From a virus (Duplodnaviria > Caudoviricetes), in the IMG/VR virus record IMGVR_UViG_3300011008_000040, positions 8,738 to 72,737 of that record: a stretch of 64,000 nt of DNA; one strand, written 5' to 3'. Shown here in pieces: positions 10,162-19,948 of this stretch. The notes under the pieces were generated by a model. That model was not told where the DNA came from, made no database searches, and saw only the letters and a program-made list of their open reading frames with translations. Numbering within the stretch: the first letter of the stretch is position 1; every line of letters starts with the position of its first letter. The translations under genes were made by a program, and so were the position numbers.

Positions 10162-10794
10162 TCAATACTGATCGTATAATTCGCCTAAGTACCAATTCAT
10201 TTGATACCATAATTCTGCATTTCTCATATCAAGATCAGGATTCTTAATCGAAAATAATCCGCCATCACCATTCCGACAATAATTATGGTCTATTACATTA
10301 GATACTATTCGTGAAACCATATACTCATCGTAATACTCATCCGAATATCTATCCAGATGAGTATTCTTGAGCATTCCGCAGAACCATTCACCGGAACGAT
10401 CACCTACTTCTGGATCTCCCATGATATGGTCCTCACATTTTCGCGCAAGTGCAGTCATCATTTCAAGCATATTGCAGTCATGAGTCAAATATCTATACAC
10501 GTCATGATATGTGTATTTAAGTTCGCTCAATCCCTCTATTGCTTCTATGAAACGGAACCGCATTTCGATCCCATCCTGAACGCGATTACAGTCGTTTGGG
10601 TAAATAGAAGTGAAGTTAATGGAATATAAATACTCCATCAGCTTCACAAAACTAACCCCATACATGTCGCTGCACCAATTATTTGTTAGGCCAATCAACC
10701 AGTGTTTATAATCGTTACGAATCTGGTCCCTCATTATTGTCCTTTCTGTTAGGTTGCCGACATGTAATCTGAATAAGTCATATCCTGTGTGCAA
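10162..10794 (-). CDS. Conserved phage hypothetical protein
   Basis: Long ORF in the operon; true start probably at MRDQIR. Confidence 0.7.
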   Translation of the reverse strand: MHTGYDLFRLHVGNLTERTIMRDQIRNDYKHWLIGLTNNWCSDMYGVSFVKLMEYLYSINFTSIYPNDCNRVQDGIEMRFRFIEAIEGLSELKYTYHDVYRYLTHDCNMLEMMTALARKCEDHIMGDPEVGDRSGEWFCGMLKNTHLDRYSDEYYDEYMVSRIVSNVIDHNYCRNGDGGLFSIKNPDLDMRNAELWYQMNWYLGELYDQY

Positions 10795-11372
10795 ATATCA
10801 ATGTCAAGATTTGCATCGAAATTCCTAACGCATATTTCATCTTTACGCATCTTACGAATATAATCAATTGGATCAACAGGATTATTGTCATCAAGAAGCA
10901 TCAAATACCCAGTCAACCAATCTCGTGGGTCAGTTCGCTCGTACATTTCATCGGTGAAAACGTCATCTGAGAATCGGAACAAGGTTACTTTGGTCCTGTC
11001 ATTTGTATAACTTGCAAACTCAGATGGAGTTATTTCATACAAATATCCAGGAGCGTCAACCTGAGTATCGTCCTCAACTTCTGTGTCCGGATACTCTTCC
11101 TGCTCTTTTTCTTTTTCCTGACGAATCTTCTCAGCATAAATAGAAGGGTCAGGTTTATTCTTTGCAGCTGCTGCTTTCTCGATTGCTTCTTGATTAATTC
11201 TGGCAAAAGTTTCTTTAACGGATTCAATTTCTTCCTGTGCCTGAGCCCTATACTTTTCTTTAACAGCTAACCATGTGATTACTGATCCTATAGCCGACCC
11301 AGCAACAAATATCAATGGCTCTTTAATCGTCTTCAGATTCAAATTCATTTTCAGTTTCATCGGCAAGCCCAC
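10749..11372 (-). CDS. Hypothetical protein with N-terminal membrane anchor
   Basis: FVAGSAIGSVITWLAV followed by a charged coiled-coil-like region. Confidence 0.7.
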   Translation of the reverse strand: MGLPMKLKMNLNLKTIKEPLIFVAGSAIGSVITWLAVKEKYRAQAQEEIESVKETFARINQEAIEKAAAAKNKPDPSIYAEKIRQEKEKEQEEYPDTEVEDDTQVDAPGYLYEITPSEFASYTNDRTKVTLFRFSDDVFTDEMYERTDPRDWLTGYLMLLDDNNPVDPIDYIRKMRKDEICVRNFDANLDIDICTQDMTYSDYMSAT

Positions 11373-11559
11373 CTCTCTTTATAAATGAAATTACAAATTT
11401 CTCCACCTGGCATTTTTCCAGATCATCTTCTATACCTTCAAGTCTTTTCGAAATATCATTGTATAGAGATTTAATCTTCTTCATGTCCTCTGGATTTGAT
11501 TTAGGTTTTAGCTCCGGTGCATATGTATCAGCCTGTACTATATACTTATTAAACGCCAT
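11323..11559 (-). CDS. Hypothetical protein
   Basis: 78 aa with GAAAGG RBS. Confidence 0.55.
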   Translation of the reverse strand: MAFNKYIVQADTYAPELKPKSNPEDMKKIKSLYNDISKRLEGIEDDLEKCQVEKFVISFIKRGGLADETENEFESEDD

Positions 11560-11577
11560 TCAATTTCCTTTCAAATA

Positions 11578-12558
11578 TCAAAGAAGATCCATTACATTTC
11601 CATCTACATTGAAATCAAGAATAACTGACTCTGCTTGATACTTTTCATCATAGAATTCAATTGGAACAAACTCAATTCTGTTATCACCTGTCGGATAATC
11701 AGGGTCATAATGCCATCCAACGACCTGACCTTCTTTGGTACGATCAAAGCCAAGCCTATCATATACTTCATTCAGGAAGACCGTGTGATTAGGTCTGTAC
11801 CTAAGAAGCATGTTGAAATAATCCTGTGCCTTAATAATATAGTCTCTGTTGTACCAAGATGTCGCCAAGTCGCCAACATCTCCATCAAACTCTTTGCTAT
11901 GCTCCTTATCAAATATCCGAGCATACATACTATAGCAATCAAGCTCGTCCTCAATTGTAGACCTTACTACTTTTCTGGTCTTCGGGGCACCGTTCTTATC
12001 AAGTTTCTGCTTTCCATCCTTATCGAGATCAGGAACTGCATACTCCTTATTCTTCAGTCCAAAACGGAACTCACGATCGGCATCTTCACCGAGAATATCA
12101 ATTACGTTCTGTCTATACTTAGCATACTGGCGCTCCATAAGAGTGCATGCTGCCAAAGTGCTGACATAACGATTATTCAGTTTGCCGTAGCCAATAGACA
12201 TTAAAGCTATTGATCCAATTTCAGTAACTGCCACAGGAGCATACAATTTACCAACTTTAAAACCAGCCTGAATATAGGCTTTAACAAGGGCTTTGCGATA
12301 GTCATTAATCGGAAGAACTCCCTCAACTTCTTCTTCATCAAATCCCTCCACAGGTTTTTTTGCATGCACTTCATCCAGAATATCCTGAACATCGCACATA
12401 ACTGCATCATGTTTCTTTGCGGCGCGCCACATTAAATATAAACTAGCGACAGATCCTACTGCTCCAACACAAAACGCAATTGTCGGACCTGCTTTATACA
12501 TCTTGATCGCAGTCTTGCTAACGACCGGATTATTTGCTATTGTCTCTTTCAAATTCAT
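11578..12558 (-). CDS. DUF6353-like phage protein, paralogue 1
   Basis: N-terminal hydrophobic helix; C-terminal FLNEVYDRLG...GW; shared with 13421..14275 and 14535..15386. Confidence 0.7.
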   Translation of the reverse strand: MNLKETIANNPVVSKTAIKMYKAGPTIAFCVGAVGSVASLYLMWRAAKKHDAVMCDVQDILDEVHAKKPVEGFDEEEVEGVLPINDYRKALVKAYIQAGFKVGKLYAPVAVTEIGSIALMSIGYGKLNNRYVSTLAACTLMERQYAKYRQNVIDILGEDADREFRFGLKNKEYAVPDLDKDGKQKLDKNGAPKTRKVVRSTIEDELDCYSMYARIFDKEHSKEFDGDVGDLATSWYNRDYIIKAQDYFNMLLRYRPNHTVFLNEVYDRLGFDRTKEGQVVGWHYDPDYPTGDNRIEFVPIEFYDEKYQAESVILDFNVDGNVMDLL

Positions 12559-12582
12559 ACTTTTTGCCTTTCTAAAATATAA

Positions 12583-12801
12583 TTACATTAATTCCAGGAG
12601 ATTTGTTTGCCCTGGAACTTGCTTTTTCTTGACCATGCGAGCTTTATTCATTGGTATCTTTCTTTTTGTATGAGATTTATAAATTGCATAAATCTGGGCA
12701 TCAGGCATATCAGAGATCCTTTGACCTCTGATAATGCCCGAAGGATAAATAGTAATGAGCTTAGCCCGCATTTCCTGAATTTCTCTATCCATAAATATCA
12801 A
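12583..12801 (-). CDS. Hypothetical protein
   Basis: 72 aa basic ORF, ATGA overlap. Confidence 0.6.
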   Translation of the reverse strand: MIFMDREIQEMRAKLITIYPSGIIRGQRISDMPDAQIYAIYKSHTKRKIPMNKARMVKKKQVPGQTNLLELM

Positions 12802-13406
12802 CGAGGCAGGATCTTAGCTTTCGGAAGAGTAATAATGTATCCTTCTTCAGCCTGACGAACTTCTGCAAAATCCAGATTCTGCCAACCCCAATCCTGAAGA
12901 GTATAGTTAGATGTTGGAACTTTTGACAAATTGTACATATCGAGAACTGTTGCGACCCGGCAGCGTGCAATTTGATTCTTCAATTCTGTAAGAACTGCAT
13001 CTGCCTCTCCATACGTCGGATACGTAAATTCATCATAATCAAGCTGAGTGGCCATAGTTGGTTTTGGCGTCGCTTGCTGCTGATAGTAATTGCTATACGA
13101 ATATCTTTCGGCTGGCAATTTACTTCTATCAACTGGTTTATAGTCAGAGTAAACCATCATCCTGACTGCATTTGTCACTGTGTCGATAGCTGCCTGAATG
13201 AATGACCAAGATAAATCTTTAATTTTAGGGGCAACCCACTGTGTCATCAGTCCCTGTTCAATGTCTCTAAAGTCTTGTGCAAATATCATTCGTAAAAGCT
13301 TATTATTCTTTTTCTTACGAACAGTCGGCTGCTTAGACACAACAGCATCCAAAGCTTTCTTATTTTCTTCTTTCGATTTATTCGAATTGGACGGGTAATT
13401 ATCCAT
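12798..13406 (-). CDS. Conserved phage hypothetical protein
   Basis: 202 aa, GGAG RBS. Confidence 0.75.
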   Translation of the reverse strand: MDNYPSNSNKSKEENKKALDAVVSKQPTVRKKKNNKLLRMIFAQDFRDIEQGLMTQWVAPKIKDLSWSFIQAAIDTVTNAVRMMVYSDYKPVDRSKLPAERYSYSNYYQQQATPKPTMATQLDYDEFTYPTYGEADAVLTELKNQIARCRVATVLDMYNLSKVPTSNYTLQDWGWQNLDFAEVRQAEEGYIITLPKAKILPR

Positions 13407-13420
13407 ATTAAATATCTCCC

Positions 13421-14275
13421 TTACATTCTATCTCTTGCCCAAGAAGGTACATAATGCGGAGGAACTCTGAAGTTCAGAACCCAGCATGGCCTATCGTCAA
13501 CAATCAATGATGTTGGACTCAATTCAATCAATCCTTCTTTATCGAGTCGCCACATAAGACTTTCTGCTGAACCAGCCTGAGGAAGTCCAAGTGCCAAATA
13601 TACATCATTAAGTGTCGCATAACCATCAAATGCCATTGCTTCTTTCAACATGTTCTGATTGACAGCATTTATCTGGCTTCGAATATAATCTATATCGGAA
13701 TAGAAATATCTTCCGCTCCAATAATCAAAGCACAAAGTCGTGCCATCTCGCGTGTCATATACATTGATGATATGACCTTCGTCATCAGTCAAAAGTTCCA
13801 TACGGTCACGCATTATTTTCTGACCGATTTCTTTCTCTTTTTTATCCCCGACAACTTCTTTTGTCGCATTTCTATACTCATTCAATGCAGTCTCAGACAA
13901 CTGATATGCTGCTGCCATTGCTGCCGTACGCTTAAGACCTTCTTTCGTTGACAGCACAGCGCACACTGCTCCTCCTGTAAGAGCTAAAGCTGATGGAATA
14001 TAATACTTCCATCCAAGTTTAACAACTTCTTTAGGAGGAATCTCAATTGCATCAGTATCGACCGGAACGATAGTGTCATTATTCTGAGCCTGAATATCTT
14101 TTGCTATTTCGTCCTTCTTATCTTCTACTTTTTTGCACGTCTTTACAGTCGCAACAACTGCCAAAGGAACTGCCGCAGCCATCAAGCTTATACCGAATCC
14201 TGTCAAAACTTCTGGCTTATGTGCTTCTGCCAGTTTAAAAAGATTAAGCCATGACCGTTTAAAATCGACTTTCAT
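13421..14275 (-). CDS. DUF6353-like phage protein, paralogue 2
   Basis: KPEVLTGFGI..AVVAT, RYFYSDIDYI..IN, LNDVYLALG. Confidence 0.7.
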   Translation of the reverse strand: MKVDFKRSWLNLFKLAEAHKPEVLTGFGISLMAAAVPLAVVATVKTCKKVEDKKDEIAKDIQAQNNDTIVPVDTDAIEIPPKEVVKLGWKYYIPSALALTGGAVCAVLSTKEGLKRTAAMAAAYQLSETALNEYRNATKEVVGDKKEKEIGQKIMRDRMELLTDDEGHIINVYDTRDGTTLCFDYWSGRYFYSDIDYIRSQINAVNQNMLKEAMAFDGYATLNDVYLALGLPQAGSAESLMWRLDKEGLIELSPTSLIVDDRPCWVLNFRVPPHYVPSWARDRM

Positions 14276-14301
14276 ATAATCTTCCTTTCCAAATATAATT
14301 T

Positions 14302-14334
14302 TTGAAAAAGAAAAAGAGGCTGTTAAACCTCTTT
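14302..14334 (-). terminator. Rho-independent terminator
   Basis: AAAGAGGT-TTAACA-GCCTCTTT followed by TTCTTTTTC. Confidence 0.7.
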
Positions 14335-14481
14335 CGCTTCTTCAGTGCCATTATTATCGACATTCTCTTTTGTCTGATCTGTCGTCGTGTACTTATAAAG
14401 TTCTCTTGCTCCCATGAATGTCTGTGCAAGACCGCCTACAATACCGGCAATGATCGAAACCAATTTAATAGTGTTGTCCAT
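14323..14481 (-). CDS. Small membrane peptide, 52 aa (not in the ORF track)
   Basis: MDNTIKLVSIIAGIVGGLAQ...; preceded by the promoter motif (14503-14530) and RBS, followed by a terminator. Confidence 0.65.
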   Translation of the reverse strand: MDNTIKLVSIIAGIVGGLAQTFMGARELYKYTTTDQTKENVDNNGTEEAKEV

Positions 14482-14534
14482 AATTTATTTAACACCTTCC
14501 TTTCTATTATACGGCTTGTAATTTTTACGAGATA

Positions 14535-15386
14535 TCACTCTGTCGGGCCAATTCCGGAAAACTTCTTATAAGGTTCTCCGCAACCATAGCCATAGCCCCA
14601 TGCAAATGCTTCGCCGTCAGAACTAAATTGAGGCTCCCAAGTAAACTGAACAACATTGATTTTTTCGCCTGTACTCTCATCTGTAATATTCCAGTGCTCA
14701 AAATCAATCCATGGCTCAATTCCCCAGTCTTCCATCATAATTCCTACGTCATATCCATATGCATCTCCAAATTCTTCAGGAAACATGTCAATTATTCCAA
14801 GAAATGCGAAGAACTCTCTGACAGAAGCAGAACCACGCAGAGCAAAATTTCTGTTTAAATGGTACTCCGCCTCTATTACGTCAGCTGCAGTAGACTGGAA
14901 ATATATATCGCCATGATCTGGAATATCTTTTATGCAAAACCATTCTACACCGGGCTCAGATTTCTTATGGTCTAAGCCCTGAACTACCTCAGCAGCTACA
15001 GCCGGAGCAGCGAGTGCACGATATCTTGCCATTTTGTCTCTGGCTGAGATGAATGCCGAATTTATCATGCTATTATATGCAATCCATTTCTGATTCGATT
15101 TATGGATGCAATAAATAGTTGTTGCCGCCGATGCAATAACCGGAGCATAGTTTCTGATTGTATTTTTAACTATTTCTTTCCGAGTCATTTTGTTTTCCAG
15201 ATTTGCATCCTCGGGAATTTTCTCGGATTCATATTCAACCTGCTTTCTTGTGCAAGCGATTGCAAAACCGGTAGTAACCAGTACTCCAATTGCAGCATAC
15301 ATAGAATATGCTTTTGGAGAATCTAATTTCTTTAACGTAGCAAGAACCTTCTCAAATTTACTTGGATCAATTTTCAATTTTCGCAT
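14535..15386 (-). CDS. DUF6353-like phage protein, paralogue 3
   Basis: YFQSTAADVIEAEYHLNR..LRG..SVREFFAFLG. Confidence 0.7.
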   Translation of the reverse strand: MRKLKIDPSKFEKVLATLKKLDSPKAYSMYAAIGVLVTTGFAIACTRKQVEYESEKIPEDANLENKMTRKEIVKNTIRNYAPVIASAATTIYCIHKSNQKWIAYNSMINSAFISARDKMARYRALAAPAVAAEVVQGLDHKKSEPGVEWFCIKDIPDHGDIYFQSTAADVIEAEYHLNRNFALRGSASVREFFAFLGIIDMFPEEFGDAYGYDVGIMMEDWGIEPWIDFEHWNITDESTGEKINVVQFTWEPQFSSDGEAFAWGYGYGCGEPYKKFSGIGPTE

Positions 15387-15538
15387 GTATGTTCTCCTTT
15401 ATATTTCTTAAAAATATCTTTCAGATAATCAAATGGCGGGTCATACAATCCAGCTTTACCAGTTTTGTAATGGTAAATCATATGAACTCCAAGTTCTAAA
15501 GCAACAAGAAAACTTAGAACAAAGAACAATACACCCAG

Positions 15539-15815
15539 CATAAATATCAATCTTCCTTTCTCTTTATGCGGTAATTTCTATCTTTAACACTGGCTGAACT
15601 CCATATTCAGTCATTTCAACCAACATTGTAATCCACAACACTTCATGGCTCCAATATTTAGAATCTGATGGCAAATTTCCAAATGGCTCAAAATCTAATA
15701 TCGTTTCCATTTGTCCACTATCATTATCAAATGTATTCAGAAAAACTGCCTCTGATTTAAGCAACGCGCCTGATAATTCGGCCAATGTCATAAATATCAA
15801 TCTTCCTTTCTCTTT
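15539..15815. repeat. 27-bp exact direct repeat (15539-15565 and 15789-15815) flanking a 78-aa ORF
   Basis: CATAAATATCAATCTTCCTTTCTCTTT occurs twice. Confidence 0.9.
15564..15800 (-). CDS. Hypothetical protein
   Basis: 78 aa ORF; RBS and start lie within the repeat. Confidence 0.6.
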   Translation of the reverse strand: MIFMTLAELSGALLKSEAVFLNTFDNDSGQMETILDFEPFGNLPSDSKYWSHEVLWITMLVEMTEYGVQPVLKIEITA

Positions 15816-15933
15816 TCATTAAATGTTCGTATAAGTTCTTTTAGTTCTTCTTCAGACAAAATCTGAGTTATTAATAAATCATTTTCCATAATCACAAAAA
15901 ATAAAGGCAGCTGTTTAAGCCGCCCAACCTAAA

Positions 15934-16230
15934 TTAAGAAACCGGTCCCAACCATACCTTATGTTCTCCTGACAGCGTTCCTATCCAATGAAGATTTCCA
16001 GCCGTATCATAGTATTTGCAATATACTTCTTCATTTAGAACAGCATCTCTTAATTTATCTATCATGTTATTAAGGATAACTGTGTTTGCCCAATACGTTC
16101 TGTCAAAGCAGCATTGAATGACAAGTGGCTTTTCAATTTCATGAATCTCTTCACCGTCAACGAAATCATGATGAAGCACTAACTTATAGCGTTCAAATTT
16201 TATATCACTCACCGTCCGCTGCATCCTCAT
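15934..16230 (-). CDS. Hypothetical protein
   Basis: 98 aa ORF followed by a hairpin and U-tract (15897-15927). Confidence 0.6.
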   Translation of the reverse strand: MRMQRTVSDIKFERYKLVLHHDFVDGEEIHEIEKPLVIQCCFDRTYWANTVILNNMIDKLRDAVLNEEVYCKYYDTAGNLHWIGTLSGEHKVWLGPVS

Positions 16231-16474
16231 AAAGAATCTTCTTCAGCCTCTTTTTGCACTCATCGCATATTCTTGTGGTTGGGATATAGCTACCGTAGTT
16301 CCCGAATCCAAGCGGAATAAAACCATCACAAATCATGCAACTTGTACCAACTTGGCACGGATATGGTTCAAACTCAATAGTTCCAATGTTGTCTTCACTC
16401 ATGTCCCGCCATCCATTCTTGCACCATTTGCACAAAAGAAATCGTCTCCGTGACACGCCGTGGTCAGAACACAA
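16205..16474 (-). CDS. Small Zn-finger-like protein
   Basis: CMIC...CDEC; true start probably at MSEDN. Confidence 0.55.
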   Translation of the reverse strand: MCSDHGVSRRRFLLCKWCKNGWRDMSEDNIGTIEFEPYPCQVGTSCMICDGFIPLGFGNYGSYIPTTRICDECKKRLKKILYEDAADGE

Positions 16475-16662
16475 TAATAACTATTGGAGTTACCATATAT
16501 TCTTCCATAAAAGCAATCCTTACACCTTACCACTTCCGCAACATCTGCGGATGGGATTTTGTTGATTGCTGATTTCATTCTGTATTCCATATCTTCATCA
16601 ATATAACCACGGAAACGATGAATTTCATTTAATGCGTCTTCACGCTTGATGTATTCAGCCAT
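16399..16662 (-). CDS. Hypothetical protein (YIKRxD family)
   Basis: MAEYIKREDAL...IPSADV.EVVRCKDC...FCANG. Confidence 0.75.
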   Translation of the reverse strand: MAEYIKREDALNEIHRFRGYIDEDMEYRMKSAINKIPSADVAEVVRCKDCFYGRIYGNSNSYYCVLTTACHGDDFFCANGARMDGGT

Positions 16663-17000
16663 TCAAGTTCTTCCTTTACAATGTCATCTTTGTACCAATG
16701 TTCTTCTAAATTATAAATACCACAAACTTCTGCTATCTGTTTGCAAACATTAAATTTTGTTCTTTCGATAAAATTTGCCATTTCCTCATTCGACATGCGA
16801 CGGATAAGGTCGGCATTGGTATCACCATTGACAAATTTCAGGAAATCATCTCTATTCAAGAAAATAGTATAGAGAACGTAATCAGCACAGATACGGACAG
16901 CTTCCTGTTCTGCTTCTGACAGCGTATTTTTGTTCCAATCCCCATTGACATCCTGACCATGAAATAGAAGATTTTCAAAGTAATGCTCAAGATTACTCAT
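16629..17000 (-). CDS. Hypothetical protein
   Basis: 123 aa, contains TNADLIRRMSNEEMA. Confidence 0.65.
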   Translation of the reverse strand: MSNLEHYFENLLFHGQDVNGDWNKNTLSEAEQEAVRICADYVLYTIFLNRDDFLKFVNGDTNADLIRRMSNEEMANFIERTKFNVCKQIAEVCGIYNLEEHWYKDDIVKEELEWLNTSSVKTH

Positions 17001-17230
17001 TTATCTACCTCTTCCTCTTCTCTTATGACTATTAGGTCACACTCTCCATTCTCATCTATCGAAACATAACTCGAGTCTATGCAATAACCATCCTCATTGC
17101 TCAAGCAGTTACTTACAGCACATCTCATAAAATACTTTTCCTCTTGTTGTTTTATTTTATACAAACTACAGTCGTAACAAGTTAGTTTAACGCATTTATG
17201 CCCTGTAAATTCACAATTTTGGCTTATCAT
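16997..17230 (-). CDS. Small Cys-rich protein
   Basis: 77 aa, ATGA overlaps. Confidence 0.6.
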   Translation of the reverse strand: MISQNCEFTGHKCVKLTCYDCSLYKIKQQEEKYFMRCAVSNCLSNEDGYCIDSSYVSIDENGECDLIVIREEEEVDK

Positions 17231-17865
17231 ACCAATGAATCTTTTATGTTAATAAATTCAGCACCAATTTTTGATAGAGTTTCATTGCCAGCAGCAGCAA
17301 TTTTTGTCAAAGCATCGCGTATATCTTCTTTCTCCATTGGCTTACTTAACACTCTATCTAGAGTAATAATCTCACTAAATGGCAGGCTCTTAATCCAGTC
17401 ACAGAAATCATGCCACTCGTCGAGTTTATGGTTCTTGCGCTTAGGATAGATACCAGCAAGCACTTCATAATTCAGCTGCACTGTACGCTTCTGGTTATAG
17501 GAACTTGGAAGAAGCTGGATCATTTGCCACCACCAGTACTTATCTTTGGTTTCGAGGTATTTATCTCTGTAAGCATTTAATACTCCAATAGTATCTTTTA
17601 AATTATCAAGCGCACTATCCTTATAATATTGATTATCCCATGTTATTAGAATCGGATCTTCATCCAGATGCTCATAAGAGAAATCATCAAGATCAAATTC
17701 CTTAGCAGCAATCTTATGCATGGTACTACAGCTATTCGCCACAGTGCCTACTTTGTAAGTGTCAATTTCCTTCCATAGATACAGTGGAGCCGTAATATCA
17801 ACAGTGACATTGATCATACGCCGATACTTAGCATCAACCGATCCCGCTCGAGCAAGCCGCATCAT
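17227..17865 (-). pseudogene. ThyX-like (flavin-dependent thymidylate synthase-like) protein, C-terminal part
   Basis: DITAPLYLWKEIDTYKVGTVANSCSTMHKI; the N-terminal part lies inverted at 18240..18476. Confidence 0.7.
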
Positions 17866-17867
17866 AA

Positions 17868-18053
17868 GATGTTACTTCTGTAAAACATGGAGAGTGGGAA
17901 ATCTTGGAATCATTTTCTCTGGAATACGATAATTCTCATAAAGATCGTTGCAGATGCACAAGCTGTGGATTTATTCATGAGTTTACTGACTTTCATTATG
18001 GCCAATATAATTTTTGCCCAGAGTGTGGGGCTAAAATGGATGGTGTAAAATGA
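17868..18053 (+). pseudogene. C-terminal half of a YIKR-family protein (DVTSVKHGEW...CPECGAKMD)
   Basis: No start codon of its own; continues the minus-strand ORF 18472..18672 if the segment is re-inverted. Confidence 0.7.
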
Positions 18054-18247
18054 TAACATTAAAAGGCGGGGTATTTCCACATGTTGGAACTATTCCTAAT
18101 GAATTTGAAGTTGCGTATCAGATTGTTTCAGAATTGCAAAGGACTAATGTGCTCAAAGTAAGAAAAGAAATGATCGGGGATACACCTTATTATGTTTGGG
18201 AGCTAAAAATAGAAACTATACATATAGGAGAAAGAACGAATGATTAA
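18050..18247 (+). CDS. Hypothetical protein within the inversion
   Basis: 65 aa, overlaps its neighbours at both ends. Confidence 0.6.
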   Translation: MITLKGGVFPHVGTIPNEFEVAYQIVSELQRTNVLKVRKEMIGDTPYYVWELKIETIHIGERTND

Positions 18248-18491
18248 ATTTGAGCATACAGAAGTAACCGGTTGGGAAGCTGCTATTCGTGGAATGAGAA
18301 ACCCGATGAACAGTTGGGATAAGAGTGATACATTCTGCAACTTTGAAAAATGTAGTGAATGCTCTGACAGACCTAAATGCGATCATGAAATGATGCCTGG
18401 ACCTCCAGCCGGTCGTCCATATCGATCAACTAATTTAAACTTTAATTATATTGGCCCAAACGATCATGACCTTATGCTTGGAGATTTTTAA
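18240..18491 (+). pseudogene. ThyX-like protein, N-terminal part
   Basis: MIKFEHTEVTGWEAAIRGMRNPMNSWDKSD...IGPNDHDLM joins in frame to MRLARAG. Confidence 0.75.
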
Positions 18492-18672
18492 TCGATTCGA
18501 TGTGTCTGTCACAAGCCATATTCACAGTTTCTATATGATCTTTTATTCCTTCTCCACTAATGTCTATCATAATCTTTAACACATTTTCAGAAGGAACTAT
18601 CTTATCTTCTAATATGACTTTGATAGCATCTTTACGCTTAATTAACTCATCAATCATCTTTAATAACTCCAA
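18472..18672 (-). pseudogene. N-terminal half of a YIKR-family protein
   Basis: MIDELIKRKDAI...IKNLQA ends at the inversion junction. Confidence 0.65.
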
Positions 18673-19021
18673 TTGTTCTTTTCAACAAATATGAAAGTTC
18701 CATTAAATCATTAGATGCCATTGAATATCCACATTCGTATCCTTCTTTATAAGATTTTCGAATTGCATCGTCAACTTCTTCATTTGTTTTCTTTAATGCA
18801 TTATTTCTTCCATTTTCAAATGATATATTGATTAATTCAATAACTCTTTTCCCGGAATACGTTCTATCTGGATATATCGTCTCTCCGCCAAGTCTTATTT
18901 TATTCATTTTCTTCCTTTCCAACTTATTCTCCTTTAATCCATATAATCTGTCAAATGAACTGACTAATGCTATACAAAACATACAAGCGCACATAATAAT
19001 AATATTTAGAATATCACTCAT
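18650..19021 (-). CDS. Hypothetical protein
   Basis: 123 aa ORF; start uncertain. Confidence 0.55.
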   Translation of the reverse strand: MSDILNIIIMCACMFCIALVSSFDRLYGLKENKLERKKMNKIRLGGETIYPDRTYSGKRVIELINISFENGRNNALKKTNEEVDDAIRKSYKEGYECGYSMASNDLMELSYLLKRTIGVIKDD

Positions 19022-19318
19022 TTATTCTCCTGCTTTCCATTCAGTAATATGAATCTGATAGTTTTTAGGAGCATAGTCCTCATTAATATTGACCATAACT
19101 ATTTCAGATTTATTGAACTCACTGGCAACAAGAGAATAATTATTGTGCTTCTCTGGAATATAACAGCCTTGCCATTTCATACTAAATTGTCCAGAATCAA
19201 CTACATAAGTAGTAATATTTCTATTAACCGGCACATGGCGACCATCAGCTAACCGAAATATAATGGATTTAATCCAAATGTCTTTGTCATTATTTGTTCC
19301 TTTAAATGTTAATGCCAT
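19022..19318 (-). CDS. Hypothetical protein
   Basis: 98 aa ORF in the operon. Confidence 0.6.
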   Translation of the reverse strand: MALTFKGTNNDKDIWIKSIIFRLADGRHVPVNRNITTYVVDSGQFSMKWQGCYIPEKHNNYSLVASEFNKSEIVMVNINEDYAPKNYQIHITEWKAGE

Positions 19319-19743
19319 TTCTTTTTCTCTATTTTGTATTCAGGGCAATACCTAATTTGATAAGTAATATCCCCGTCTTTCATTATTGGTTCTGCTTCCC
19401 AACCCTCTATTGGAGTAAATTCAGAACTCCAACTGCATCCGCCATAACAATTTCCACAAGTCCAACATGGTTGATCATGAGTTTTTGGTACTATAGTGTA
19501 TGTTTTAACGGCAGGTCCAAGGATAATATCAAAATATTCAATAGAGCCATCTTCATTTTTTACAGACAACCGGCTGCCATTTTTTAAGCATCCACGAGTA
19601 TACCCATACCGTCTACCAAGGAAAGAATCAGCTTCAACAAGTGATCGAAATGGATACTCTGTTTTATCTTTAAGCGAAATCAGTATGCAAGATCTGGTTC
19701 GTCTGCTCTGTTTTGGCTCCAATAGTGCTTGCTGCGATTCCAT
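19309..19743 (-). CDS. Hypothetical protein with NUMOD1-like helix and Cys motif
   Basis: FRSLVEADSFLG...; CWTCGNCYGGCSWS. Confidence 0.6.
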   Translation of the reverse strand: MESQQALLEPKQSRRTRSCILISLKDKTEYPFRSLVEADSFLGRRYGYTRGCLKNGSRLSVKNEDGSIEYFDIILGPAVKTYTIVPKTHDQPCWTCGNCYGGCSWSSEFTPIEGWEAEPIMKDGDITYQIRYCPEYKIEKKKWH

Positions 19744-19948
19744 GATTCATAGCCTCCGTATTAATCTTATAGCACACAGATGGAATATCACTAAGGTAAA
19801 TACTTCCAATTTCGTCAAGTTTGTCCCTATGCCGTATAATCAAATGGTCAATCAATGTAGGAAGAAAATTAGCTGATCTAACGCCATAGTCAGTAACTAT
19901 TGTTCGGCCACAAAATTTACACACATAGTCTTTCTTTGTCTGGCTCAT
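19670..19948 (-). CDS. C2H2-like Zn-finger protein
   Basis: CKFC...HLIIRH. Confidence 0.55.
   Translation of the reverse strand: MSQTKKDYVCKFCGRTIVTDYGVRSANFLPTLIDHLIIRHRDKLDEIGSIYLSDIPSVCYKINTEAMNHGIAASTIGAKTEQTNQILHTDFA

Larger units (their letters stand above)
17863..18476. other. Inverted 0.6-kb segment bounded by a 6-bp inverted repeat (CATAAG / CTTATG)
   Basis: Only + strand ORFs within a minus-strand operon; gene halves rejoin across both junctions. Confidence 0.85.
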
